From: Haliotis rufescens
Lineage: Eukaryota
Direction: 5' to 3'
Length of the DNA stretch: 64,000 bases
Assembly: GCF_023055435.1 (NCBI RefSeq)
Contig: NW_025963779.1
Span: 76,694,001-76,758,000, forward strand
Shown here: positions 1-12,210 of the stretch, one piece after another
Numbering within the stretch: the first letter of the stretch is position 1
Layout: every line of letters starts with the position of its first letter
Program-made: the position numbers and the translations under genes
Notes under the pieces: model-generated
Database searches by the model: none
The model's input: the letters and a program-made list of their open reading frames with translations, nothing else
What the model was told of the DNA's origin: nothing

Positions 1-277
1 CAATGCCACTTTATCGTGTGCCAAAAAACTCAACTTGTTCGTACTGTACACCCCTTTTGACAGTGTTGATATGTTCACCCCCTTATACCGCCACTCATCG
101 AGTACAATAAGTGATGATCTGTCACCTTCAGTCTGCCTGGCAATATGTACTGTCTTGAGAAGACTACTTCTCATTGCTGGTGATATTGATAAGCAACCAG
201 GCCCGACCGTGGAGGAACAAATAATGGGTTTGAAGGCTGCACTGTTCAGCAAAATGGAGGAAAACAAGAAAGAAATA

Positions 278-452
278 CAGTAAACTACGGTTATAACGAA
301 CTCAAAGGGACGACTAATTTTAGTTCGTTATAACCGTAATTCGTTATAAGCATATATACAGCATAACTACAGCATATAGTCGGGACTAAAACGTTAGTTC
401 GTTATATCCGTTAGTTCGTTATAAGCGTGTTCGTTATAACCGTAGTTTACTG
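278..452. mobile_element. Tc1/mariner-pogo-type MITE (175 bp)
   Basis: TIR CAGTAAACTACGGTTATAACGAAC ... GTTCGTTATAACCGTAGTTTACTG flanked by TA on both sides; internal GTTATAAC subrepeats; second copy at 30425-30599. Confidence 0.85.
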
Positions 453-817
453 TATGTGCAACAGTGAGTGAAGTTGGAACACCGTCTCGGGTACGAGTAA
501 GCGGTAAACCACGACCAGTAATTGTCCGATTTGTCTGTAATGATATTAAAATTAGAGTTCTAAAGATGCGAGGTTACCTCAAAACGTCATATATCGGGGT
601 TGCAAATGATATGACAAGAAATCAGCGTGACAAACTGAAACGTCTGAGAGAGGAGAACAAGCGCGGATACTATAAGGGAGGTAGGCTATTTATTGTGGAC
701 AACGAGGACAAGGGTTAGTCCAATTCGTTCCCAGTCCACACAACCGATTCCACCAACAAAACTCCAAATCAGATTAGGGGTAGAGGTTCAGGGCGCAGGG
801 GCCCAGGATCCATAGGT

Positions 818-1088
818 GTGGTGAGGTGAAATTGGGTTTAACGTCGCGTCCAAGATTATTGCACTTATATAGCGACGTGCATGCACGTGTATGTGTGTGT
901 GTGGCTGCTTGTACTAGTCCGGACTGATGCCGATACCATGCCGCAGTTTAACATGAATACCCCACTCAGACACAGTATACTGACTCCGAGCCGACCAGTC
1001 CTTGTTTTAGCCCCTTAATGCCGAACGCCAGACAGGGTAACAACAAGTACAATCTTTTAATCTCTACCACAAGACCACGGAGGCGGTC
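818..1088 (-). mobile_element. tRNA-head SINE family 3, internally deleted copy
   Basis: Matches the full copy at 55698-56047; flanked by the direct repeat GGATCCATAGGT (TSD). Confidence 0.8.
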
Positions 1089-2324
1089 CGGATCCATAGG
1101 TAGAGGAATCAACACAGACACTAACCAGCGGTCCCTACGATCGAATTCTAGAGAAAGAACCGGGAAATAGCGGCGTGGCCAGGGCCCCGAGTGTAGTGAT
1201 AGACAAGACAAAGTGTCATTCCTTTCATGTAATGTGGACGGACTTGAAAATAAAAAAACGTAAAGATGATTTTTTAACCTTTGTTACCAGTTTTGACATT
1301 ATAGCTTTGTTTTAAACATGGACTACAGAAATAGAATTCAGTGCTATATTTTCTGATTTTCAGTTATATAGTGTGCCTGCAACCAGACTTTCTAAACATG
1401 GGCGTTTATCAGGTGGAATTATCGTTTTAGTAGGAAATTCTCTGACTGATTTTGTCATTTATATTGTTACTTTTGAACAGAGTATATGCATTGTTTTCTC
1501 AAAAGAAATGCTAAATTTGACTGATAATATCCATTCCCATTTCCCATTCCTTGATAATAATGGGTGTTACTCACATTATTTTCCAAGGTTCTGCCAACCA
1601 AGATATTCCTGCGATAAAGTAGTCAACATTTATGGAGCAAGCCTTCTTGAGTTATGCTTACTATTAGACATTCACATAGTGAATGGTAGACTAGGTACGG
1701 ATAACCAATTAGGAGAGTACACTTATGTCAGCCCTAATGGTTGTAGTACCATGGATTATGTTGTATGCTCATCTGACTTTTTTTTTATCATATATGTGAT
1801 TTTGAGGTTGTTTCTCGATGTGACTCACTACATCTACCTGTAACTATGACAACGCCTGTGGTCAAATGCTCCGCGGAAACGCAATCAACAGACCGCCGTG
1901 TTCGATACCCCTGGGGGGATAACAAGAAGGAACAGTTCATACATAATTTGGAATCGTCCGAAATTGCAACGAATCTGGAAAAAGCGAGTTTAGAAGCTCT
2001 TACTGACATAGACAAGAGTGTATAACGTTTACAGAGGCAAAAACCTTATAGGAATAATAATAACAATCATCAACATATTTGTAAAACGAGAAACCCGTGG
2101 CATGATGATGACTGTCTGATAATGAAACATGAACGCTGTCGTGCTCTTAACAAATTTAGAAAAACTAAAGACAATGAAGATTTGCGGAATTACCATCAAA
2201 TAAGGAATGAATATAAGACTATTTGTAGAAAAAAACAAGGGGATTACATGACCAGTAAACGTACCACACTGGAGCAAACTACTGATTCAAAGTCATACAA
2301 TGTATGTATACAAGGTATATGTCA

Positions 2325-2998
2325 TTAACAGGACATAACCTGACAATATATCTATACAAGTTGCATATCATATTCAGGACCTAATCTGACAAATATCACT
2401 ACAAGTTGTATATCATATAAGCGTACATGACATAGCCTGACAATATATCTATACAATTCATAAATCATTATCAGGACAGAATCTGACAATATATCTATAC
2501 AATTCATATATCATATACAGGACATAACCTGACAATATATCTATACAAGTTATATATTATATACAGGACATAACCTGACAATATATCTATACAAGTTATG
2601 TATCATATACAGGACATAACCTGACAATATATCTATACAAGTTATGTATCATATACAGGACATAACCTGACAATATATCTAAACAAGTTATATATCATAT
2701 ATAAGATTAACCTGACAATATATCTATACAAGTTATATATCATATATAAGACATAACCTGACAGTATATCTATACAAGTTATATATCATATATAAGACAT
2801 AACCTGACAATATATATCTATACAAATTATATATCATATATAAGACATAACCTGACAATATATCTATACAAGTTATATATCATATATAAGACATAATCTG
2901 ACAATATATCTATACAAGTTATATATCATATATAAGACATAATCTGACAATATATCTATACAAGTTATATATCATATATAAGACATAATCTGGCAATA
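2325..2998. repeat. 46-bp minisatellite, about 14 copies
   Basis: Unit GACATAACCTGACAATATATCTATACAAGTTATATATCATATA(C/T)A(G/A); period 46 (2521 to 2567). Confidence 0.95.
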
Positions 2999-3072
2999 TA
3001 CCTTCAAGCTCTAAATATGACGACGGCCTGGAAACAATCGGGTCGGTCGGAGTTCGGTGACACTCAAAATCA

Positions 3073-3189
3073 ACCTGGGTGCCGTTGTACAAAGCGATCT
3101 TAGCGCTAAGGTGATCGTAACTCCCATACCTTAACATAGACTTACGTCAGTCGTAGCGCTAAGGTTGTTCTGTACAACGGCACCCAGGT
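3073..3189. mobile_element. Short palindromic MITE (possibly PIF/Harbinger-type)
   Basis: Inverted termini ACCTGGGTGCCGTTGTACA ... TGTACAACGGCACCCAGGT, with inner imperfect inverted repeats (CTTAGCGCTA). Confidence 0.65.
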
Positions 3190-5039
3190 CACCGAGTCTG
3201 TCCTCCCGATCCATTTGGTCGCCTCCTGGGACCAGCATGGGTACTGGGGAACTATTGTAACCTCGGAATCTGGACTGATCTGACCAGGTAGGCGGCAACA
3301 CCCTACGGGTAACAAATTACCATGACCCGGTGGTTATATGTGCGGTCATATGTCCAAGTCGGGCAAATGGCCCGTTTAATCATTATAACATCCTTACATT
3401 TAGAAAACATTTACTAGACTATGATTTTCCTTCACAACAGTCCTGCTTATATGAACTACCTTACCATCATGAGGGAGAGATAAGTAAGTATACTGACTAC
3501 GAGCCGACCAATTCTTGATTTAACCCGTTAATGCCGGGAAACAACAAGTAGTTTGGTGTGACGCGGCCGGGGATCGACAGACGCTCTTAAATTTCTTCTC
3601 ATCCACTGGACCAAAAAGGCGATCTCAGTAGAGAACTTGCCAGAGTATAATTAGTGGTAGTACAATCAGAGAGTGTAACTCTGATATAAACTCTCTGGTA
3701 TACATAAATACAGTCAATCACGACATGGGTGTGTTTGAGCATCTAGAGAGTCTGGATAATGTCCTGAATCAGTGAATAATAAACATTTCACCAACTTGTC
3801 GGTGGCGATGCTTAGCTGTACGATTCACACTGTTGGCGAAGAACATGTCCCGCGTTGTGGTGTAAGTATGTGAGTAAATAAAAACGTGTTATCCATGCCA
3901 GTGCTTGTTATTGATAACGACCAGAGTTGTTTACACAGTGTCCCACGTGGGGATGTTACATCACGTACATTAACACTCATTATATATCAGTAATGTTTAA
4001 TAGACTGAATATTCCCTCCCATCGTCTCAGGTCCTCCTTGTGTACCTTATATTGTATAATGCATTATATATATTCAGTGACGACGATGTTTGCAATATCC
4101 AGCGATGCCCGATGAAGGTTTATACCATGCATACATTTTTGTTAGCCACAGAATCTTCTTCCTACAGATATTCCGCATATAAATGCATATGATTTGTTTG
4201 TTTGTTTGTTTAATTGTTGTTTAACGCCACACTCAGCAATGTTCCAGCTATATGGCGCCCAAATGTCCAGTGTTCTTAGGTAGATCAACACACTGATTTG
4301 CGTCACACAAAAAACGTTCCTGTTCAGTGGACAGTTTCATATTCGTGTACATGTATTTTTCGCATGATCATGTATATAATGTCTCTGACTGAGCATCTAC
4401 CACGTTCTCAAAAATGTGTGTCTGTGCAACTACCATGATCGTGGGTAGTCTACACCATCTCTACCTTTGACTTCCTACCTTGACATGTTTTAACTGAGGT
4501 ATTATCTACACATTGCATAAAGTAAATCTTCATTTCAATATGTGAAGGTTACTGGAGAATGACACACGCCATACTCTCTTACAACCGTAATAAAGAGAAG
4601 AGAGGACAAAATGATCTCCAAACAACAAACAAATAAACAGCTATAGGTCATTATTAAGTTATTTAGCGAAAAGCCGGATGAATATGTTGATCCTCATGTT
4701 TTATCAATTACGGAAATTAGGTTTAAGAGGTAAAACGTGAAAATGAAGGGATGAGAATCATTCTAACTATAAACCTATATCAAATGAATATTAGTCATCA
4801 TCCTATAAAGCACTGACGGTACAATTCTGCAGTTTGTATTTTTTTATTTTAGCGCTAATAGTTTGACACGTTGACAAAAACACAAAAAAAAAACAAGCTG
4901 CCAAAGATTTAATTAAATTAACTGTAATTAATTCATCACCTTTATCAAAAATATAAATGTTTGTATCCAACTAGGGGCGAACGTGCACAAGACAATATTA
5001 CTGTCTGAGTAACGACACGTACGATTATAATATCACAGA

Positions 5040-7715
5040 CAACCACCTTGCACACGTGACATAACAGTTAACTGTACATCCTTTCCCCGCCACCTTCTTC
5101 ACGTGACATAACAGTTAACTGTACACCCTTTCCACACCGCCTTGTACACGTGTGATAAACGTTAACCGTACACCCTTTCCCGCCACATTGTCAACGTGAC
5201 ATAATAGTTAACTGTAGACTCTTTCCCCACCACCTTGCACACGTGACATAACAGTTAACTGTACACCCTTTACCCACCGCCTTGCACAAGTGACATAACA
5301 GTTAACTGTACATCCTTTCCCCACCGCCTTGTACACGTGACATAACAGTTAACTGTACATCCTCTCCCCACCGCCTTGTACACGTGACATTACAGTTAAC
5401 TGTAGACCCTTTCCCCACCGCCTTGCACACGTGACATAACAATTAACTGTACACCCATTCCACACCGCCTTGTACACGTGTCATAAACGTTAACTGTACA
5501 TCCTTTCCCCACCGCCTTGTACACGTGACATAACAGTTAACTGTACATCCTCTCCCCACCGCCTTGTACACGTGACATTACAGTTAACTGTAGACCCTTT
5601 CCCCACCGCCTTGCACACGTGACATAACAATTAAATGTACACCCTTTCCCCACTGCCTTGTACACGTGTCATAAACGTTAACTGTACATCCTTTCCCGCC
5701 ACATTGTCAACGTGACATAATAGTTAACTGTAGACTCTTTCCCAACCACCTTGCACACGTGACATAACAGTTAACTGTACATCCTTTCCCCGCAACCTTC
5801 TTCACGTGACATAACAGTTAACTGTACACCCTTTCCACACCGCCTTGTACACGTGTCATAAACGTTAACTGTACACCCTTTCCCGCCACATTGTCAACGT
5901 GACATAATAGTTAACTGTAGACTCTTTCCCCACCACCTTGTACACGTGACATAACAGTTAACTGTACACCCTTTACCCACCGCCTTGCACAAGTGACATA
6001 ACAGTTAACTGTACACCCTTTCCACACCGCCTTGTACACGTGTCATAAACGTTAACTGTACATCCTTTCCCGCCACATTGTCAACGTGACATAATCGTTA
6101 ACTGTAGACTCTTTCCAAACCACCTTGCACACGTGACATAACAGTTAACTGTACACCCTTTCCCCACTACTTTGCACACGTGACATAACAGTTTACTTCA
6201 CATCCTTTCCCCGCAACATTGTACACGTGACATTAGAGTTAACTGTTCATCCTCTCCCCGCCTGATTGTACACATTAAAGTTAAAAAAGAGTTTCCTGTA
6301 CACCCTCTCCCCTCCACATTGTACACGTGACAAAAGAGTTAACTGTAGACTCCCTCCCCTCCACCTTGTACACGTGACAAAAGAGTTAACTGTAGACCCT
6401 CTCCCCTCCACATTGTACACGTCACAAAAGAGTTAACTGTAGACCCCTCCCCTCCACCTTGTACACGTGACAAAAGAGTTACCTGTAGACCCTCTCCCCT
6501 CCACATTGTACACGTGACAAAAGAGTTAACTGTAGACCCTCTCCCCTCCACATTGTACACGTGACAAAAGAGTGACTTGTACATCCTCTCCCCTCCACAT
6601 TGTACACGTGACAAAAGAGTTAACTGTAGACCCTCTCCCCTCCACCTTGTACACGTGACAAAAGAGTTACATGTAGACCCTCTCCCCTCCACATTGTACA
6701 CGTGACAAAAGAGTTACATGTAGACCCCCTCCCCTCCACATTGTACACGTGACAATGGAGTTAACTGTAGACCCTCTCCCCTCCACCTTGTACACGTGAC
6801 AAAAGAGTTACTTGTAGACCCTCTCCCCTCCACATTGTACACGTGACAAAAGAGTTACATGTAGACCCTCTCCCCTCCACATTGTACACGTGACAATGGA
6901 GTTAACTGTAGACCCCCTCCCCTCCACATTGTACACGTGACAAAAGAGTTACTTGTAGACCCTCTCCCCTCCTCATTGTACACGTGACAAAAGAGTTAAC
7001 TGTAGACCCCCTCCCTTCCACCTTGTACACGTGACAAAAGAGTTACCTGTAGACCCTCTCCCCTCCACATTGTACACGTGACAAAAGAGTTAACTGTAGA
7101 CCCTCTCCCCTCCACATTGTACACGTGACAAAAGAGTTAACTGTAGACCCTCTCCCCTCCACATTGTACACGTGACAAAAGAGTTAACTGTAGACCCCTT
7201 TCCTCTCCACCTTGTACACGTGACAAACGAGTTAACTGTAGACCCTCTCCCCTCCACATTGTACACGTGACAAAAGAGTTACTTGTACACGCTCTCCCCT
7301 CCACATTGTACTCGTGACAAAAGAGTTAACTGTACATCCTTTCCCCTCCACCTTGTACACGTGACAAAAGAGTTAACTGTAGACCCCCTCCCCTCCACAT
7401 TGTACACGTGACAAAAGAGTTACTTGTACACGCTCTCCCCTCCACATTGTACACGTCACAATGGAGTTAACTGTAGACCCTCTCCCCTCCACATTGTACA
7501 CGTGACAAAAGAGCTAACTGTAGACCCTTTCCTCTCCACCTTGTACACGTGACAAACGAGTTAACTGTAGACCCCCTCCCCTCCACATTGTACACGTGAC
7601 AAAAGAGTTACTTGTACACGCTCTCCCCTCCACATTGTACACGTGACAAATGAGTTACCTGTAGACCCTCTCCCCGTCATAAAACTACCTAAACACCCTC
7701 TCCCCCTACATTGTG
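5040..7715. repeat. 47-bp minisatellite, about 55 copies, in two sub-arrays
   Basis: Type 1 unit CACGTGACATAACAGTTAACTGTACACCCTTTCCCCACCGCCTTGTA (5040-6240). Type 2 unit CACGTGACAAAAGAGTTAACTGTAGACCCTCTCCCCTCCACATTGTA (6290-7680). Confidence 0.95.
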
Positions 7716-8574
7716 CACGTTCGTTTTGTCTTGCCTTCACATGTGTTTACGTATGTGCCAGGCCCAATACAGACATTACGTGTAGGTCTAAAACTTGTTT
7801 GATAAGATGTCTGAACCAGTAAACCCCCGAAAAAGGAAACCAGAGACTCATGGCAGCCTTGACCCCACACATCTCCAACTGCTGTCCCTGATCACGCATC
7901 TACCACATGACAAGCGTTGTAATGCCTTCCCTGACGCCCAGTGTCACTTGACTGTAATGTACACAGTTGGTGCTATAGGTCATAGTTGATGATATAGGTC
8001 ATAGTTGGTGCTATAGGTCATCAAATGCGCGAATGTGTCTCCGGGGTGTAAATTGCTCTCGTCAACATATTATATGTGGCCGACATCCTGTAACCTTTCA
8101 CAGATGGCTGCTTCCCACATGAAGCAATCATAATGCATCCTCTTCAGAACTGTTCTTGATTTCCTCACATTCATCNNNNNNNNNNNNNNNNNNNNNNNNN
8201 NNNNNNNNNNNNNNNNNNNNNNNNNNNNNNNNNNNNNNNNNNNNNNNNNNNNNNNNNNNNNNNNNNNNNNNNNNNNNNNNNNNNNNNNNNNNNNNNNNNN
8301 NNNNNNNGAAGAATAGTTCAGTCGGAATTAGATCCAAGTGCTTTTTGTCTTACACGTATAGAACTTTGGTATACCACTTAAGTACGGGCAGTATTTCACG
8401 AAACACGTGTCTTTGTAACTCGAACACGTAATGATACATTGGTTACGTGCGCCTGTAGCGTGCATGGTGTACAGGATTTTACGGACTGAAAGTTCGTGTA
8501 CAACCCTCGGTCTTCGATGTATTTTCAAATATCAACTGTGTACATAGAAATTGCTCAGACAGCCGTTTGCCAGT

Positions 8575-8815
8575 GGCGCCGTTATTCCCTGTGCGTCCCT
8601 TGGGCACGCCAGAAAACCATGATTGTGGGTTCGAATCCCGGTTTGCCCCGATTATGTCTGTCAGCACCATACCCGTGCTCGTGGGTTTCGCCGAAATGGT
8701 AAACGTCTGAGATCTGCATCACTTCGGGCTTTCCTCCCACATTAAGCTGACACGCCGTGATATAACTGGAATGCTGTTAAAAGCGGCGTTAAACCCAACT
8801 TAATCATTCACTCAC
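8575..8815 (+). mobile_element. SINE family 1, 5'-truncated
   Basis: B box GGTTCGAATCCC; body and tail match the copy at 18341-18622. Confidence 0.8.
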
Positions 8816-8829
8816 GTTTGTGGAGCTCG

Positions 8830-9560
8830 TCTCGCAGGGTCTGAGGGTGACATCTCTTGGGTTGATAACACAGGCGGCAGCCGTGCTGGGAATCTCCTGG
8901 TTGATAGCAGATCATGTGGATCGTCTGTTGTCGAGGAGCTCTGTGTCCCAGTACTCTAGCTTGCGCTTGGTATATATACAGTCTTTGTGTCCTGTCGCAG
9001 TGGACGTATTCTTCTAGCCTTTTCTTTACGGTCAGTTCTTCGACAGCAAAGTTCCACCTTTGCGTTTTCTTTCGATGTATGGACTTGATGTCATCGTTGA
9101 GTTTCTCTTTGTCTTGTCCACTCAACTATCTCAACGGGTCATATCGTTCGACCATAACAGGAGCATGGTATTCCAACACTCCGAACAGACGACTTCCGGC
9201 CATCTTATGTACACGAGACTCAAGAAATGCTATTACAGCAAGCTATATCAAGACTCAGGCAATGCATTATATGACTCACAGTTGTTTGATCAGGGTTACA
9301 TAATTCCAGTCGTTAGTAAATCTTTTAAAACCTTTTCTGGTTGACATTTAGAGGACATTTCAAACTTTTATGCTTCAGTGACAAAAATGATGTCCGATGC
9401 AATTTCCCAATTTTACTTGTTGTCGTGGTTGTTCAGGTGAACTTTGGACTTGCCTTTGCATGTGTTTGTGACAGGTGCCACTGATGGGGCAGGATACGAT
9501 CACCATTTGGCGATCACCTGGTGTCAACACTAATTTGTAGTGATTTATAAACATGCTCAT
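8830..9560 (-). mobile_element. Possible highly decayed Gypsy-type integrase remnant
   Basis: Broken reading frames give FKRFTNDWN, LFGVLEYHAP and QARVLGHRAPR, weakly resembling integrase core and C-terminal segments; many stops. Confidence 0.3.
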
Positions 9561-10357
9561 GAAAATAGTCGGAAACGTACAATGGACTCAATATTTCTTA
9601 TGATTATTGAAATAATTTTATTGCTTACATTCCTATGTATGTGATTACGTGTAAAACGTGACACATGACTTGACACATGTTGTATTATTATGCCTGAGCT
9701 TATGTAAGAACAAACATATCATCTATGCTAGTAACCAACTCCGTGTCCGAGAATATAATGCTCTATATATGAGTGATTGTTTATTGTTAAACACCACACT
9801 CACCAATATTCCAGTTATATGTCGGTTGTCTGAAAATACTCGAATCTGGACCAGACAATCCAGTGATTGATTTCATGAGCTTCGATCTACACTACTCGGA
9901 CCCGATCCCGTTAGTTGGTTGGTCTGTTGCTTAAAGCCGCACTCAGGAGTATTCCAGCCATATGACGGCGGTCTGTTAATAATCGAGTCTTGACCAGACA
10001 ATCCAGTGATTGATATCATGAGCATCGATTCACGCAATTGGGATAGACCAGATACTTTTTAAATTAAAACTATGAGCCTAAATATTTCTCTTTATGAAAA
10101 CAAACCTTGCAAGAATGTAATCTTCGTGACAGAAAATTTCATTTTTTCCACAGAAATATATATTCCTTCACATGCTGGATTATCCATGGTATTGACACGT
10201 ACAGTGTCGGCTCCCCAACGCAGGACTGGAAGTGTCGGTTCAAGCATGTTCGGTTTTTCTGCACGACTGTAGCTTTCCATACACATCTAGAAACACACTC
10301 AACCAAAGCAAGATACAACAGAAGGCATTTAGGAGTGATACACCTAAGGAAGATATG

Positions 10358-11110
10358 AATGGATGTCAACTTCTTTATTATGAGGAACTCAACGTTTCGG
10401 AGTATCTACTTACTCCTTCATCAGTTATGTATGGATGTCAACTTCTTTATTATGAGGAACTCAACGTTTCGGAGTATCTACCTACTCCTTCATCAGTTAT
10501 GTATGGATGTCAACTTCTTTATTACGAGGATCTTAACGTTTCGGAGGATCTACTTACTCCTTCATCAGTTATGTATGGATGTCAACTTCTTTATTATGAG
10601 GAACTCAACGTTTCGGAGTATCTACTTACTCCTTCATCAGTTATGTATGGATGTCAACTTCTTTATTATGAGGAACTCAACGTTTCGGAGTATCTACCTA
10701 CTCCTTCATCAGTTATGTATGGATGTCAACTTCTTTATTATGAGGAACTCAACGTTTCGGAGTATCTACTTACTCCTTCATCAGTTTTGTATGGATGTCA
10801 ACTTCTTTATTATGAGGAACTCAACGTTTCGGAGTATCTACTTACTCCTTCATCAGTTATGTATGGATGTCAACTTCTTTATTATGAGGAACTCAACGTG
10901 TCGGAGTATCTACTTACTCCTTCATCAGTTATGTATGGATGTCAACTTCTTTATTATGAGGAACTCAACGTTTCGGAGTATCTACCTACTCCTTCATCAG
11001 TTATGTATGGATGTCAACTTCTTTATTATAAGGAACTCAACGTTTCGGAGTATCTACTTACTCCTTCATCAGTTATGTATGGATGTCAACTTCTTTATTA
11101 TGAGGAACGT
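10358..11110 (-). repeat. 72-bp tandem repeat, about 10.4 copies, each with a hammerhead-ribozyme-like core on the - strand
   Basis: Minus-strand unit CATAA-CTGATGA-A-GGAGTA-AGTAGA-TACTCC-GAAA-CGTT-GAGTTCCTCAT-AATAAA-GAAGTTGACATCCATA. TCATCAG recurs every 72 bp from 10418 to 11066. The confidence is for the repeat; ribozyme activity is unproven. Confidence 0.9.
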
Positions 11111-11139
11111 GAATAATCAGAACATCGAAAATACATTGT

Positions 11140-11650
11140 TGAATGCCTAACACGGGAAGCTCAAACATCTTTACTGTATTGCAGCATGTAATAAATTAAT
11201 CAAGTAGAAATTGTGATACCGTGATTCTTAAATGCCTAACAGACGAAACTTGTGTTAATGTTGAATGTATTGCAGCATGTAAGAAATTAATCAAGTAGAA
11301 ATTGTGATACAGTGATTGTTAAATGCCTAACAGACGAAACTTGTGTTAATGTTGAATGTATTGCAGCATGTAATAAATTAATCAAGTAGAAATTGTGATA
11401 CCGTGATTCTTAAATGCCTAACAGACGAAGCTTGTGTTAATGTTGAATGGATTGCATCATGTAATGAATTAATCAAGTCGAAATTGTGATACCGTGATTC
11501 TTAAATGCCTAACAGACGAAACTTGTGTTAATGTTGAATGTTTTGCAGCATGTAATAAATTGATCAAGTAGAAATTGTGATAACGTGATTGTTAAATGCC
11601 TGACGGACGAAACTTATAAAATGTTGAATGCATTACAGGACGCAATAAAG
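11140..11650. repeat. 91-bp tandem repeat, about 5.5 copies, upstream of CYP copy A
   Basis: Unit AATGCCTAACAGACGAAACTTGTGTTAATGTTGAATGTATTGCAGCATGTAATAAATTAATCAAGTAGAAATTGTGATACCGTGATTCTTA; period 91 (11231 to 11322). Confidence 0.95.
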
Positions 11651-12019
11651 TAAGTATGTAAGCATCTATTAATTAAGTATAAATTGTGATGAAATATGTT
11701 TTATTTAATTCAAGAAGGCTTCATTATATTCGCTGTGGATATATGTTCTGTTAAGCTTGGACCCTACTGAATCCATTAAAATGATATTAAAACATATATT
11801 TCACACGTATACTGTAAGGTAAAACATCAATATGTATGTCGCATTCTAAAGCTGGCATAACGAGATGTGTGCTTTAGTGTTATACATGACACACGTAAAG
11901 AAAGGGCAAACAAACATGGCGATCGCCTGGGTTGGTAGGGGCAGTGTGACGAGTGGACAATGGACGAGTCTAAATGTATTACCCCTACCTTTACCAGTTA
12001 TGGCCTGATCCAGGAGCTG

Positions 12020-12150
12020 TTACTTTAAATACCATTTAAGACCATCTGTATAACTATACACAAGTTCGATATTTGACAGAAGTGCTGTATCGGTTGTGAC
12101 ACACGGTCGACCAAACAAGTCCGAGTAGACGTCAGTTCGAGGGCACACTG
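12020..12150 (+). promoter_or_regulatory. Candidate core promoter of CYP copy A (TTTAAATA, GACGTCA, TCAGTT Inr-like)
   Basis: Short motif matches 60-190 bp upstream of the ATG; this block is deleted in copy B. No TSS data. Confidence 0.3.
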
Positions 12151-12210
12151 TGGTGCACTGGGTTACAAAAAGCATCAGCGAGATAACCTACATCCATTCG
12201 GCAACTAGAC

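Larger units (their letters stand above)
35..2300 (+). mobile_element. Degenerate APE-type non-LTR retrotransposon (LINE): ORF1 remnant plus start of the APE endonuclease, interrupted by a MITE and a SINE
   Basis: LLLIAGDIDKQPGP (2A-like) near the N-terminus. PRPVIVRF..KIRVLK..ANDMTRNQR resembles an ORF1 C-terminal domain. SFLSCNVDGL (about 1215), GRLSGGIIVLV and YTYVSPNGCSTMDYVVCS are APE endonuclease-like motifs. Many stops and frameshifts. Confidence 0.75.

Noticed and set aside
6339-6701. 120-aa repetitive ORF
   Set aside because: Translation of the 47-bp minisatellite.
10100-10350. Possible L2-type LINE 3' end (VGSSMFGFSARL)
   Set aside because: Similarity is too short and weak to call without a search.
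10232-11150. 294-aa and 263-aa repetitive ORFs (YGCQLLYYEELNVSEYLLTPSSVM)n
   Set aside because: By-product of a 72-bp unit (a multiple of 3) with no stop in two frames; no splice or domain support.
10358-11650. Regularly spaced repeats as a CRISPR array
   Set aside because: The whole unit repeats with no unique spacers, there are no cas genes, and the context is eukaryotic.
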